A DNA stretch of 64,000 nucleotides from Octopus vulgaris. Taxonomy: Eukaryota. The position numbers and the translations under genes were made by a program. This document shows positions 39,193 through 51,882 of the stretch, one piece after another. The notes below the pieces were generated by a model, which did not search any database, was not told where the DNA came from, and worked only from the letters and a program-made list of their open reading frames with translations. How positions within the stretch are numbered: position 1 is the first letter of the stretch; each line of letters starts with the position of its first letter. The DNA is taken from NCBI GenBank assembly GCA_951406725.2, contig OX597815.1:37014001-37078000 (forward strand), given 5' to 3'.

Positions 39193-39511
39193 TGTGGGAT
39201 GACGTCAGCAGCTGGACGTCAGCAGCCGGACGTCAGCAGCCGGACGTTAGCAGCGGGGTGCGTTGACCGGAAGCTGGGGCAAGCGGAAGGGGTCAGCTGT
39301 CAAGCGTGCGCAGGGAGCGCAAATTGACCTTTCCAACGTGGGTCGTGGAGGTGACAAGACGTGCGAGGACGTCGCTAAGGGTTTGGGCTAGCAGCTGCTA
39401 TCGTTAGTGTTCGGGTCGGGGCTGTGAGGAAGGACTAGTCATCTCTGGAGGATCTCCGTCACTGCGAAGAGAAGGTAGGTGCCTCTATATTCAAATCGCA
39501 CACTCACTACA
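39193..39511 (+). repeat. 3' LTR (319 bp), preceded by weak polypurine tract AAGATCAGGGTGGCG
   Basis: Direct repeat of 35295-35599. Confidence 0.95.
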
Positions 39512-39799
39512 GCACCTCATCTAACTTATAATTTCGGGAATCTTACATAACCAATGGCTGCTGCATCATCTCTTCTGACTAAAACGCAAAAATATTATAA
39601 ATATTTATACAGCTTAAATTCAGTGTCTACACTACATTATACCGTTCTATTTTACTTCACCCATAACATTAGTATGAACTGAATTTATTACAGTGTAACG
39701 TTAGTACGTATGGAATTTATTACGATTATTTTCCGTAATATTGTAATGAAAAAAACCCCTAAATTGCCACACAACATCTCTGCAATACGCTGAACTATA

Positions 39800-40010
39800 T
39801 CTGAGCCAATGAAGTACTCCCTACGTGATCGCTTGGCCTGCTAGAAATAGAAACCAAATCTCCTTCAACTCACACATCACTGTCTTAGAAAAGGGAATGT
39901 TGGATAAAGTTGTCTTGGGTTTCTTGCACATAGGAAAAGCATCCAATCCCCGCGACCGGAATGCCCTTGATCATATGATTACACGGACAGGGCTGACCTG
40001 GCACTAAACA
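39800..40010. mobile_element. Old SINE-like repeat (related copies in opposite orientation at ~26590-26670 and ~34860-35250)
   Basis: Shared GATTTGAGG..ATTTGGYTGCTATTTCTA motif. Confidence 0.5.
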
Positions 40011-40207
40011 ACTTTTACACTGGATATCACACCACGTTATCTCATGGTTATCGCATTTTGATAATTTTATTATACATCTGTATATGTGACAACTGTAAAG
40101 GTGAAATAATATATAACTTCTACTGTTATTGGTAATGGCAGCTCTTTCTAAATTAATGTTATTTCCGACATTAACTGACACCTCCACCCATCGTTATCCT
40201 ACCGACA

Positions 40208-41035
40208 AGCCCTTTCTACAATGGGCACAAGGCCTGTAATTTAGGGGAGGGGACTAGTCGATTACATCAACCCCAGCGTTTCACTAATACTTATTTCATA
40301 GACCCCAAAAGGATGAAAAGCAAAGTCGACTCCGGTGAAATATGAACTCAGAAGGTAGCGACAGGTGAAATACCTATTTCTTTATTACCCACAAGGGGCT
40401 AAACATAGAGGGGACAAACAAGGACAGACAGGTATTAAGTCGATTACATCGACCCCAGTGCGTAACTGGTACTTATTTAATCGACACCAAAAGGATGAAA
40501 GGCAAAGTCGACCTCGGCGGAATTTGAACTCAGAACGTAACGAGAGATGAAATACGGCTACGCATTTCGTCCGGCGTGCTAACGTTTCTGCCAGCTCGCC
40601 GCCTTAGAACGTAACGGCAGACGAAATACCTATTTCTTTACTACCCACAAGGGGCTAAACACAGAGAGAACAAACAAACGGACTAAGTCGATACATCGAC
40701 TCCGGTGTGTAACTGGTACTTAATTTATCGACCCCGAAAGGATGAAAGGCAAAGTCGACATCGGCGGAATTTGAACTCAGAACGTAACAGTAGACGAAAT
40801 ACCTATTTCTTTACTACCCACAAGGGGCTAAACACAGAGAGGACAAACAAGGACAGACAAACGGGTTAAGTCGATTATATCGACCCCAGTGCGTAACTGG
40901 TACTTATTTAATCGACCCCGAAAGGATGAAAGGCAAAGTTGACCTCGGCGGAATTTGAACTCAGAACGTAGCGATAGACGAAATACGGCTACGCATTTCG
41001 TACGGCGTGCTAACATTTCTGCCAGCCCACCGCCT
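40208..41035 (-). mobile_element. SINE family B multimer (4 bodies, 2 heads) inside one 14-bp TSD
   Basis: TSD TTATCCTACCGACA at 40194-40207 and 41036-41049; junctions after 40373, 40629, 40802. Confidence 0.9.
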
Positions 41036-42188
41036 TTATCCTACCGACATATCATTGTCAGCGGTAGCTAACGTCATTTCGCCTCTATATTTAATCCATA
41101 TTCACTACTAAAAATGTCACTGACATTGTTTATTTCTATCTGCAGCATCACCGTACTTGCATTAACGCCTCGGGCATTCCTATCTCTATGTTTGCCAAAG
41201 TAACATCTATCACTATAATTTCTGTCATTTCCACACTCACCATAGCACCACTATAATTACCTCTACTATTAACATCAACAGCACTCTCATAGCTTTCCTC
41301 GGGGAAATAATCAATGAAGTCCGAAGTGAGAGACATGCTGCAGGAAGTATGGTTTGTATGGAACATGAAAAAAAAATATACTCTTAGAAATAAATATTAG
41401 TTCTTTTGTTGTACGGTTTCTTTAATTTGTGAAACGTTTGTATATCATATTTAGAACATCATTAGATTGAAATGACAATGTATGGGTTGTGACAAGTTTT
41501 AAGCTTTCATAATTATGCTCGTAATTATTATTGTATCATTTGTAGGATTTCTAGATTCTTTCATTCAGAAAAGCTATAATAGGTAGTCATTTTAAACAGC
41601 CCAAAATAAAAATCTTTTTCAGTTTATCACGGGATGATATTTACAATATTGCGCTCGCTAAAATTCTATCAATAATTTGATACAAATTGCTAAAATATGA
41701 TATCTGGTTATGAAATTCTATATATACGCTCCTAATTTCCAAAATAAATGAATGGAACACGTAGAGAGGTATCTTACAATATGTTTATTTTTGCTGATTT
41801 TAAATAATGGATTGTATTTCGATGCTTTTTTGTTTTTTGAAAAATTAAATGTGGCTCTACATTGCTAAAACTTAATAAGCAACGTTTCTGTGAAAGCTTT
41901 TCATGAATTATTTTACCACCATAATATTGTCAGCAAACAATACTGCTAGCTGGAATTTCAGTAAGATTTTGAATAAAGTGGAAAGGCTGTTATAAAATAT
42001 ATTTATTTAATAGAGCGCAGAGACTCTCTGTGAAGCAATCCATTCCGTTAATTTAAAAAGAAAAGAAAAAATGTATTTTTCTTCTGTTTTTGTCGGCTGC
42101 AAGCAATCCTTCAATTTTTTTATTTATTTTCTTTGATATCTATGATGGGGATACGTCACATTCATGAAAAATGAATTTATTGTCAACA

Positions 42189-42590
42189 TAGGCGCAGGAG
42201 TGGCTGTGTGGTAAGTAGCTTGTTTACCAACCAAATGGTTCCGGGTTCAGTCCCACTGCGTGGCACCTTGGGCTAGTGTCTTCTGCTATAGCCTCGGGCC
42301 GACCAAAGCCTTGTGAGTGGATTTGGTAGACGGAAACTGAAAGAAGCCCGTCGTATATATGTATACGTGTGTGTGTGTTTCTGATTGTCACCCTAGCATT
42401 GCTTGACAACCGATGCTGGTGTGTTTATGTCCCCGTTTCTTAGCGGTTCGGCAAAAGAGACCGATAGAATAAGTACTGGGCTTACAAAAGAATAAGTCCT
42501 GGGGTCGAGTTGCTCGATTTAAGGCGGTGCTCCAGCATGGCCGCAGTCAAATGACTGGAACAAGTAAGATATTAAAGAGTAAAGAGAGTA
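42189..42590 (+). mobile_element. SINE family A, full length
   Basis: Reverse complement of 1201-1615. Confidence 0.92.
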
Positions 42591-42921
42591 TATACATCGA
42601 AGGCATATTGACCGAAAAAAAATTAGTCAAAAGACAGATTGGGCGAAAACATATTAGTCAACATCAAATACGTTGGAAGATATATTTGTAGAAAAATATT
42701 GGTGCAAATATGTAATCATAGGGAACCAGAAATACAATGAAACTTAATATCGATTAATTTTTTGAAGTATAAGAACAAGTTATTTCTTAAATGAAATATT
42801 TTATCAATTTATTTTAGGTTTTTTGTAAGAAATATATGTCGATAGAAGTAAATAAAACTAGATATCGAATGGTATTTTTTTAAAACAACTTACTGTAAAT
42901 TTAAAATAAATTATTCAAATA

Positions 42922-43326
42922 CTCTTGTACTTGTTTCAGTCATTTGTCTGAGGCCATGCTGGAGCACCGCCTTTAGTCGAGCAAATCGACCCCATGACTT
43001 ATTCTTTGTAAGCCTAGTACTTATTCTATCGGTCTCTTTTGCTGAACCGCTACGTTACGGGGACGTAAACACACCAGCATCGGTTGTCAAGCGATGTTGG
43101 GGGGACAAACACGGACACACAAACATTTACATACACATACATATATATATACATATATATACGACGGGCTTCTTTCAGTTTCCGTCTACCAAATCCACTC
43201 ACAAGGCTTTGGTCGGCCCGAAGCTATAGTAGAAGACACTTACCCAAGGTGCCACGCAGTGGGCCTGAACCCGGAACCATGTGGTTGATAAGCAAGCTAC
43301 TTAGTACACAGCCACTCCTACGCCTA
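42922..43326 (-). mobile_element. SINE family A, full length, tail-to-tail with 42189-42590
   Basis: Same family, opposite strand, ~330 bp spacer. Confidence 0.92.
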
Positions 43327-44023
43327 TAAATGATTTTTTTAATGAAATATATTTCCCATTGGTTTTATTTTTGTGTGTATGCGTATGTTTGTTAAGTATA
43401 GCGCTGAACATAAAGCACAATACCTTTAGTGGAAATAACAATACTAATGGTTATGACACAGGCACATACATCCTTTATATGCAGAGTATAATCGATTAGA
43501 TTTACCCAGTATTTTCTCTGGGATTTTTGACAGACCCATGAAGAACGGTAACCTAAGTTGGCCATACTGAGATTATTTCTGTGGAAGGTAAGAGAACGTA
43601 ACGCAGTGCCATAAACTATTTCGTTCTATGAATTCATCCCTACCCTACAGGTTGTTCTTGTAACAACTATTTTTAACTACCAGAACTACCAGAACAATTC
43701 AATAAATTCTAATACTTGAATGATACATAGGTAGTCGATCTCAATAAATGATTATATCTCCATCTAACCAGTCTAAAGAACATTAATGATCGTGTGATGT
43801 GAATGTTTATATTATTTTTTGGTTATGACACTCAACTTCCTCAAACTAATGTTCAATTTTCTAGATTATGTATAATCTATTAATTCTGATTTATATATCA
43901 ACAATTGCTAAACTTTAACGCTATAAAACATTATGATAGATGATTCAAATACCGGTGTATCTTCGCATGATATTTGTTTTTACATATTTTACTTGTTTCG
44001 TCATATATGCATTATATATATAT

Positions 44024-44745
44024 ACTAGAGATGAAAAATGTGCACACTCAGAAGGGTTACAGAATGTCATAATAAGCCTTAACAAGTATGGGACTAGCAT
44101 TGTTGCTCAAGAATATTGGAATCATTTTATGTTGTACATTCTGAGGCATCTTAAAACGAAAAGAGGCTTATGTGTGAATTACAATGTCACGATAATTATT
44201 AAACCGAGTTCTTAATATAAAATATTTGAAAATGAACAAAATATTATCTTCAACTTCGTTAAATTCATTATAATGCTCTTCATATCAAAGTATAAAAATA
44301 TCATATTTGACACTGCATGCAAATTACCATGATAATGAAAATAAGAAAGCAACAACAACAAAAAAACTGGATTTATGATGAAGCCGAATCTTTATGACAG
44401 CAAAAGTACGAAACCGAAATAATTATAAGCAAAGATAATTCGCTTTATGATACTCATATTAATGGAATAGTTATGCGAAATAACAATTCATTACTAAGTT
44501 ATTTTTGATTGATTACTTGTAAATTTAGAAAAAAATATCATTCATAGATTGAATCATTGCGTAAAAATGACATTAGTATTTGTACACAATTGTTTTGTTA
44601 AAACTGAATGTACGAAAAGATGCCACAGAATATATAATATATAGTGATTCCAATAGCTTTGAGCAACGATGCTAGTCCCATACTTTTTAATGTTTATTAT
44701 GACTTTCTGTAACCTTTTTGAGCGTCCGCATTTTTCAATTCTAGT
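44024..44745. mobile_element. MITE (~720 bp) with ~100-bp imperfect TIRs
   Basis: ACTAGAGATGAAAAATG..AAGTATGGGACTAGCAT..TATTGGAATCA mirrored at 44645-44745. Confidence 0.75.
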
Positions 44746-44985
44746 TTCGTACTTTTTGAGGCAACGCTTGTAATATTTTATACATGTACCGTATTTCTAA
44801 TGTGGCAGCTAATGGGTGTGTGTGTGTGTGTGCGTGTGTGTGTGAGCGTGTTCTTGTATAGTCACACATATCTTGTTTAATTTAACTTTAAAATTAATAG
44901 AAACCAATGTCATTTATATTTCTTTCTTTCGCATTTCCTTTAATCAATAGTAAGTGTTAATCTACATTTCTTCCTTTTCTTCACG

Positions 44986-45310
44986 CATGTTGCAATATTT
45001 CGGCTTTTTGAGGCGGCGAACTGGCAAAAACGTTAGCACGTTGGGTGAAATGCTTATCAATATTTCGTTCTGAGTTCAAATTTCGTCGAGGTCGACTTTG
45101 CCTTCATCCTTTCAGGGTCGATAAATTAAGTACCAGTTGCGTATTGGGTCGATCTAATCGACTGGATCACTCCATCAAAATTTCGGGCCTTGTGCCTAGA
45201 TTAGAAAATAATATTTCGGCTTTTTGATGCTTGTTGTAATATTTCGGCTCTTTAATGCATGCTTCAATATTTCGGCTCTTTGATGCATGTTGCAATATTT
45301 CGGCTCTTTG
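44986..45310 (+). mobile_element. SINE family B (45011-45208) inserted in a 28-bp minisatellite
   Basis: Unit ~ATATTTCGGCTYTTTGATGCATGTTGCA on both sides. Confidence 0.8.
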
Positions 45311-45399
45311 GTGGTTAAAAAAACCCCACATGACTATTACATCTAATACAGCTTTTTCGTTTTCTTCTTTGAAATTTACAGATTTACATACACAAATGA

Positions 45400-45629
45400 A
45401 GAAGGTAAGAACAAATATGCAAGATTTTTCTCAAGTTTAAAATGCGACATTAATTCAGAATATTCAGAAAAGATAGAAAATAAAAGAAAGAACCTGTCAA
45501 TCCTTAATGAAATTAGAAACCAAACAACAATACTAAACAAGAAAGAAAGAAAAATACTACAGAAATATAAAATAACAAACATGATGTACCTAAAACAAAA
45601 GAACATATATAAAGCAAGATATCATTGCT

Positions 45630-45706
<77 letters not shown>

Positions 45707-48073
45707 CAAACAAATCCGTAGGTATGAAAAGCGTCCGAGATTCTTTGAACAAAACAGTTTAACTCCAATCCAAAACGATTCCACCAAGAACTCGGTAAAA
45801 ATTAAATAGAAATCAATGCAGTACCAGTAGCAGGAGAAGTGGAAGAATTTTAGAAAGATGTATTGGCAGCGAATAAATTACCCCAGAAAAGATTAATCAA
45901 AACAACAAAAACCGTGCGTGAACAACTCTGGGCACGTATAATGACGGAAGAGGTAACCCAGGTAGTGCAGAAATCAAATAACTGGAAGGTACCACGACAC
46001 AATATCCAACTTCTGGCTAAGATATTTAACAGGAACACACAATACGATGGCAGATAAGTTCAAAAAGATGCTGATGGAGCTGGAGACAACACCTGAATGG
46101 CTCACAAGAGGGAAAGCATACTACTTTCCAAACCTGCCGACGTTACAAACCTACGAAACTACATAACTGTGATATGTCTTCCTACTACCTACAAAGACTT
46201 AACCGAAATAATATCGTAGAGAATGGGTAGACATCTAGAAGAAAACAGCCTGTTTCTAGAAGAGCAGAAGGGATGCGGTAAAAGCTCAAATGGCTGTAAG
46301 GATCATTCATTGATCAAGAACGACATAACTGAAAACTACCGAAAGGAAAAAGCATGGTTTAGATCAATTGCCAGAAGACTTTAGGCAGCATTCCCCATAC
46401 ATGGATCCTTAAAACACCAGTTATGAGCAAGGCAGGACTAACAGTGATAAAATTTATAAAACATGTCATAAATAAGTGGCAAACAATTCTGCAGCTATAG
46501 ACAGACTTATAAAACTAAAGCCATCTCAATTAGAAGGAGGATATTCTAAGGAGACTTGTTCTTTCTCCTCATCTTTTTGGCACTAACGCCTTTAACCAAC
46601 ATGCTAAAAAGAAAAGGATGTGGAAAAAGATCAACAATCTTTTGTATATAGATAATCTCAAGCTGTATGCTGCAAATGATAAGCAACTGGAAACACTACC
46701 ACAGGCAGTGCATAAAATTGTCAAAGAAATACGAAATTCGGCTTAGAAAAATGTACGTGTCGAATGAAGTAACCTTGAAAAGAGGAAAACTGATTAAGAA
46801 TAACAATAATAATAACACACGATAAAGAAAATGAAATAAGAGAACTAAACCAAAGCCAGACGTACAAATACTTAGGAATCAATGAACTGGATATAGTACA
46901 ACACATGCAAATGAAAGGAAAAATAAGAAAGGAATATTGTAGACGAATTAGATTAATACTTAAAACAGAGCTCAAAGCGAATAATAAGATAGTCGGCTTC
47001 ATTACTCCAGCTGTTTCAGTTATAAGTTACAGTTACAATATTCTTAACTGAACACTAGATTAATTATTCAAATTAAACAGGAAACAAGAAAAACAATGAT
47101 GGAATTTAGAATATACCACCTAAAATCTGATATAGAACGGCTATACATACAACGAATTGAAGGTGGTAGAGGTTTTATGTAACTAGACAACTACTATCGA
47201 ATATCCTCCGTAGGACTACAGAGATATCTAAGTGATAACCAAGGAAAACTGATAAAAATAGCTACAAAGCTTGGGTAAAACAAAAAAAAAAACGTTTTCT
47301 GTATTTTCAAGGAAGCCGAAAAATGGAAGAAAGAGGTCATAATACTTGGCAACTATGAAGGAAAAGAAGAAACATCAATCAAAATCTAAACTAAAACTGG
47401 AACCACAAGTAACTGCAGAATATGTGGTTACGGAGAAGACCCCCACCCCAATAAATTACATGGTCTCTGCTCAGTCCTGACCAAGAAGAAATACATCCAT
47501 AGACGTGACAGATTTGGACTTATATACAACAGAAGCTGTACCAGCATTACAGAGTGACAACAGGAAAAATGGTATAGGCAAATCTCAGAAAAGGTCTCAG
47601 AAAATGACAAAGAAACCATACTCTAGAATATGCCAGAGTATGGCATGTCCCAGAAACAATATACACGGATATAAATCAAGGCTCATAAGCTAGATGTTGT
47701 CGGAGTCCCAAGAAAAAAAATGCCTTCTAATCGATATATAAGTTCTAAAAGATGACAGTGTACCTCTAAAAGAAACGGGGTACTGGAAATAAAAAGATCT
47801 GGAAATAGAAATAACGAATATGTGGCATAAAGAAAGAAATAATCCCTATAATAATAGGTGCATTATGCATGGTTAAAACAAACATACGGACAAATATATA
47901 CCAAAAATATCAAGACAAACGAATATATATATAAAATACAGAAAATGGTACTTCTAGGCACCGCACTGTCTCCGTAAAATCCTTTCAATACAGTAACAAC
48001 AACACTAAAACAAATCACAGTACATACTTGAGACACAGAGAACTGCGCTCAGTAGTGCAGTGGAGGCACTACT
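45400..48073 (+). mobile_element. Older degraded R4/Dong LINE
   Basis: Collinear with 48259-50472 (FLEEQKGC, IPHTWIL, LKLYAANDKQLE, EGGRG, EYIHRRD); ends ACTACTG+(AAT)n. Confidence 0.85.
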
Positions 48074-48145
48074 GAATAATAATAATAATGGTGATGATGA
48101 TGATGATGATAATGATGATGATGACGACGATGATGACGATGATGG

Positions 48146-48197
<52 letters not shown>

Positions 48198-48216
48198 AAT
48201 GATGATAATAATGATG

Positions 48217-48247
<31 letters not shown>

Positions 48248-48258
48248 TAATAATAATT
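48074..48258. repeat. (AAT)n/(GAT)n microsatellite between two Dong elements
   Basis: Direct reading. Confidence 0.95.
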
Positions 48259-50472
48259 CCCAAATCAAATGAAACAGCAAAACCAGAAAACTACAGACCA
48301 ATAACCTGCCTCCCTACTATGTTCAAGGCATTTACTGCAGTGATATCACAAAGGCTGAACAAGCACCTGGACGAAAACAAACTGTTCCCAGAAGAGCAGA
48401 AAGGATGCCGCAAAGGCTCATATGGCTGTAAAGATCAACTAATGATTAATAAAGCCGTAACTGAAGACAGCCATAGAAAGAAGAAAGGCCTCAGTATGGC
48501 CTGGATTGACTACAAAAAGGCGTTTGATAGCATCCCCCACACATGGATCCTCGAAACACTAGCCATTAACGAAGTAGCACCAAGAATCATAAAATTCATA
48601 GAGCACTCTATGAATAAATGGCAAACAGTCCTACACCTCCAAACAAAAGAGGGACTCATGAAAACCAAAGACATCCCCATTAGAAGAGGAATATTCCAGG
48701 GAGACACGCTCTCTCCACTCCTTTTCTGCTTGGCACTGTCACCTCTATCTGATATGCTAAATAGAACTGGATGCGGATATAAATGTTACGGCAAAACGAT
48801 CAGCCACCTTTTATATATGGATGACCTAAAACTATACGCTGCAAATGACAAACAGCTGGAAACACTATTAAAGACAGTTCATGGATTTACCAAAGAAATA
48901 GATATGAAATTTGGATTAGAAAAATGCGCCAAAGTAACCATGAAAAGAGGAAAACTAGTTAAGAGTAACAACTTCACACTAGATAAAACCAATGAAATAA
49001 AAGAATTAGACCAAAGCCAAACTTACAAATACTTAGGAATCCATGAACTAGATAAGACACAACACACACAAATAAAAGAGAAAATAAAAAAAGAATATTA
49101 TAGACGAGTTAGATCAATACTAAAAACAGAGCTTAATGCTAAAAACAAGATAATAGGTATCAACACTTTAACTGTCCCAGTTATAAGTTACAGCTACAAT
49201 ATCCTTAACTGGACACGAAATGAACTGTCCAAAATAGATAGGAAAACAAGAAAAATACTGACAGGATCTAGGATGCATCACCCAAAATCTGACATAGAAA
49301 GACTATATATACAACGTATAGAAGGTGGTAGAGGCCTTATACAGCTGGAAAACTACTATAAAATAACCACCATAGGACTTCAAAAATACCTACTTCAGAA
49401 GGAAGGAAAACTGATCCAGATAGCAGCAAAACACGAGCAAAACAAAAAACTGTTCTCAGTATTTAAGGAAGCTGACAAATACAAACAAGAAATCATACCA
49501 CCTAATAAACACGAAGAAGAAGAAGAAGATAATGAAGAAACAACAAAAGCTATAAAACAAATGAAATCCAAACTAAAAATAGAACAGCAACGAACCATGA
49601 TAAAACGATGGCAAGAAAAGCCCCTTCATGGTAAATACTGCACTAAACTAAACGCAAAAGAAATAGACAAAGAAAAATCCCAGCAATGATTGAGAAGCTC
49701 AGGACTCAAAGCAGAAACAGAGGGATTTTTAATTGCAGCACAAGACCAAAGCCTTCCCACCAGAAATTACCAAAAACATGTAATGAAAAGAAATATTACA
49801 AGTAACTGCAGAATATGTGGAGATGGACAAGAAACAATAAATCATATTATCTCTAGCTGCCCAGTCCTGGCTAAGAAGGAATATATTCACAGACATGACA
49901 GAGTTGGAACCTACATACATTGGAAGCTATGCCAACATTATGGAATAACAACAGAAAAAAGATGGTATAGGCACACACCAGAAAAGGTCACAGAAAACGA
50001 GAAAGCAACCATACTCTGGGATATGCCGATACACACAGATAGAGAAATTAAGGCCAACAGACCAGATATGGTTGTCAGAGATCACGAAGAAAAAAATGCT
50101 TTCTAATTGATGTATCAATACCGGCAGATGACAACGTGTCTCTAAAAGAAATGGAGAAACTCTCAAAATACAAAGACCTGGAAATAGAGGTAACTAGAAT
50201 GTGGAATCTGAAAACAGAAACAATTCCTATCATAGTAGGTGCATTAGGCATGATAAAAAAATATTCAGACAAATACATAACAAAAACACCAGGACTTACA
50301 AACACATATAACATACAGAAAATTGCACTACTAGGACTGCACACATCCTACGCAGAACACTTTCCATACAATAACCATCAGAGCATCACAACAAATCACA
50401 GCACATACCCAAGGCACACAGAGCTGCGCTCGGTAGTGAAGTGAAAGCACGCTATAAAAATAAAACTACTGA
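48259..50472 (+). mobile_element. Young 5'-truncated R4/Dong LINE: RT, CCHC finger, restriction-like endonuclease
   Basis: ENYRPITCL, WIDYKKAFDS, RRGIFQGDTLSP, YMDD; CRICGDGQETINHIISSC, HRHD, RPD..LIDV, KLSKYKDL; one stop (49687) and two frameshifts; (AAT)n on both sides. Confidence 0.93.
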
Positions 50473-50495
50473 ATAATAATAATAAAAATAATAAT

Positions 50496-50982
50496 GCCCT
50501 GATGCAGTACCAGGTAGTGGTTCTCGTGGCTTCTGATCTTAACTGATTGGAAGTCATATCATGTACATTGTTTTGTCTTGGTATAAAAGATGGGCTACAG
50601 CAAATATTCTGCTCAATACCACAGATTTGCTTGTCAGTTGTTTGACTTTAGCTAGTTGAGCATGTTCCTTAGTGGCTGACGATATATGCATCTCAGATCA
50701 CGAGCAGAAGTAGTGGGTGAGCATCATAGTCACGTGTTGAGAGGAATTCTTAAACGACCCTTAATCAGAGACCTTTTGAGCGGGACGGGCTACTCGAGCT
50801 GAAGAAAATTCTAACAGGGCCCTCACCTGCAAGGTCATGCGCTGTTTATCTTGATATGAAATCACCATGTCACGCACATATGGTTGTAATACATGTCCCT
50901 GGTGTACCCTTATCAGACGGGTAGTTATGATAGGAATACTGGGCTTCGTATATTTTACCCCAGTGTCACTGATCTCTCCCTC
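50496..50982 (+). mobile_element. Non-autonomous (AAT)n-embedded retro-element, no obvious tRNA head
   Basis: Reverse complement of 55640-56195; AAT repeats on both sides. Confidence 0.8.
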
Positions 50983-51090
<108 letters not shown>

Positions 51091-51134
51091 AATAATAATA
51101 ATGATGATGATGATGATGATGATGATAGTAATAA

Positions 51135-51625
51135 TAAACAATGAATATAAAATACTTTGGAATTTTACAATCCAGTGTGACTCTCTAGTTGATGCTCGGA
51201 GATCAGACATTGTTGTGGTAGATACAGGAAAAAGGAAACCAAGATTATACATGGGGATGTACGTATAAGTGACAAAGAACTAGAAAAGTTGAAGTACAAA
51301 CTTCTAAAAGACGAAATTGCAAGAATGTGGACTATGAGGAGAGTGTCTATCATCCTAGTAGGTGTAGGGCACTTGGAATACTGACAACCAAGTTCAAGAA
51401 ATATGCCAGAGAAATTGGAACTGACATGAGAGCAGAGCTAGCACCCAAAACTGCTCTACTGTGGACAGCTAGGATTTTGAGATTGGTGCTTGGGTGTAAA
51501 ATGTCATATACGAAAATTGACAACCAATTATCAAAGTTCATAATGTGCGGCAAGAGATACCGTGAGGCCTCTGACAACAGGCTGCTGTCCGCTCTCATAG
51601 AATTAACCAGAGTAATCAAAAAAAT
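51135..51625 (+). mobile_element. R4/Dong 3' fragment (second family)
   Basis: ENEYKILWNFTIQCD..RRSDIVVVD; LEKLKYKLLKDEIARMW; KTALLWTARILRLVL. Confidence 0.8.
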
Positions 51626-51810
51626 TCTAACTAGGCCCCACCACAAAGGTCATGCCCTGTTTAACTTGATATGAGGCCACTATGCTGCACGCATATGGTT
51701 GTGATGCATGTGCCTGGTATATCATTATCAGACGGGTAGTAATGATGTGTGTATTGGGTTTCCTATACTTGTACCCTTGCATAACTTTGTAGGTGTGTGC
51801 AACTCTCACA

Positions 51811-51812
<2 letters not shown>
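51626..51812 (+). mobile_element. Diverged 3' fragment of the 50496-50982 element
   Basis: AAGGTCATGC..CATATGGTTGT..TATCAGACGGGTAGT. Confidence 0.7.

Positions 51813-51882
<70 letters not shown>

Larger units (their letters stand above)
35295..39511 (+). mobile_element. Ty3/gypsy-order LTR retrotransposon, near full length (4217 bp), 5-bp TSD GCACC
   Basis: TG..CA LTRs; TSD at 35290-35294 and 39512-39516; gag-PR-RT-RH-IN order. Confidence 0.95.

Noticed and set aside
35295-39511. GC-rich island as bacterial contamination
   Set aside because: Paired LTRs and a 5-bp TSD show true integration in host DNA
41148-41366. 72-aa minus-strand ORF with plausible splice sites
   Set aside because: Degenerate trinucleotide composition, no recognisable motif, ambiguous frame
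45382-45404. Strong-looking + strand micro-exon (tttacAG..AAG|GTAAGA)
   Set aside because: Overlaps the start of the degraded Dong; no partner exons identified
48088-48258. Poly-M/I N-terminus of the 533-aa ORF
   Set aside because: In-frame microsatellite upstream of a 5'-truncated Dong; real coding begins at IPKSNET (~48256)
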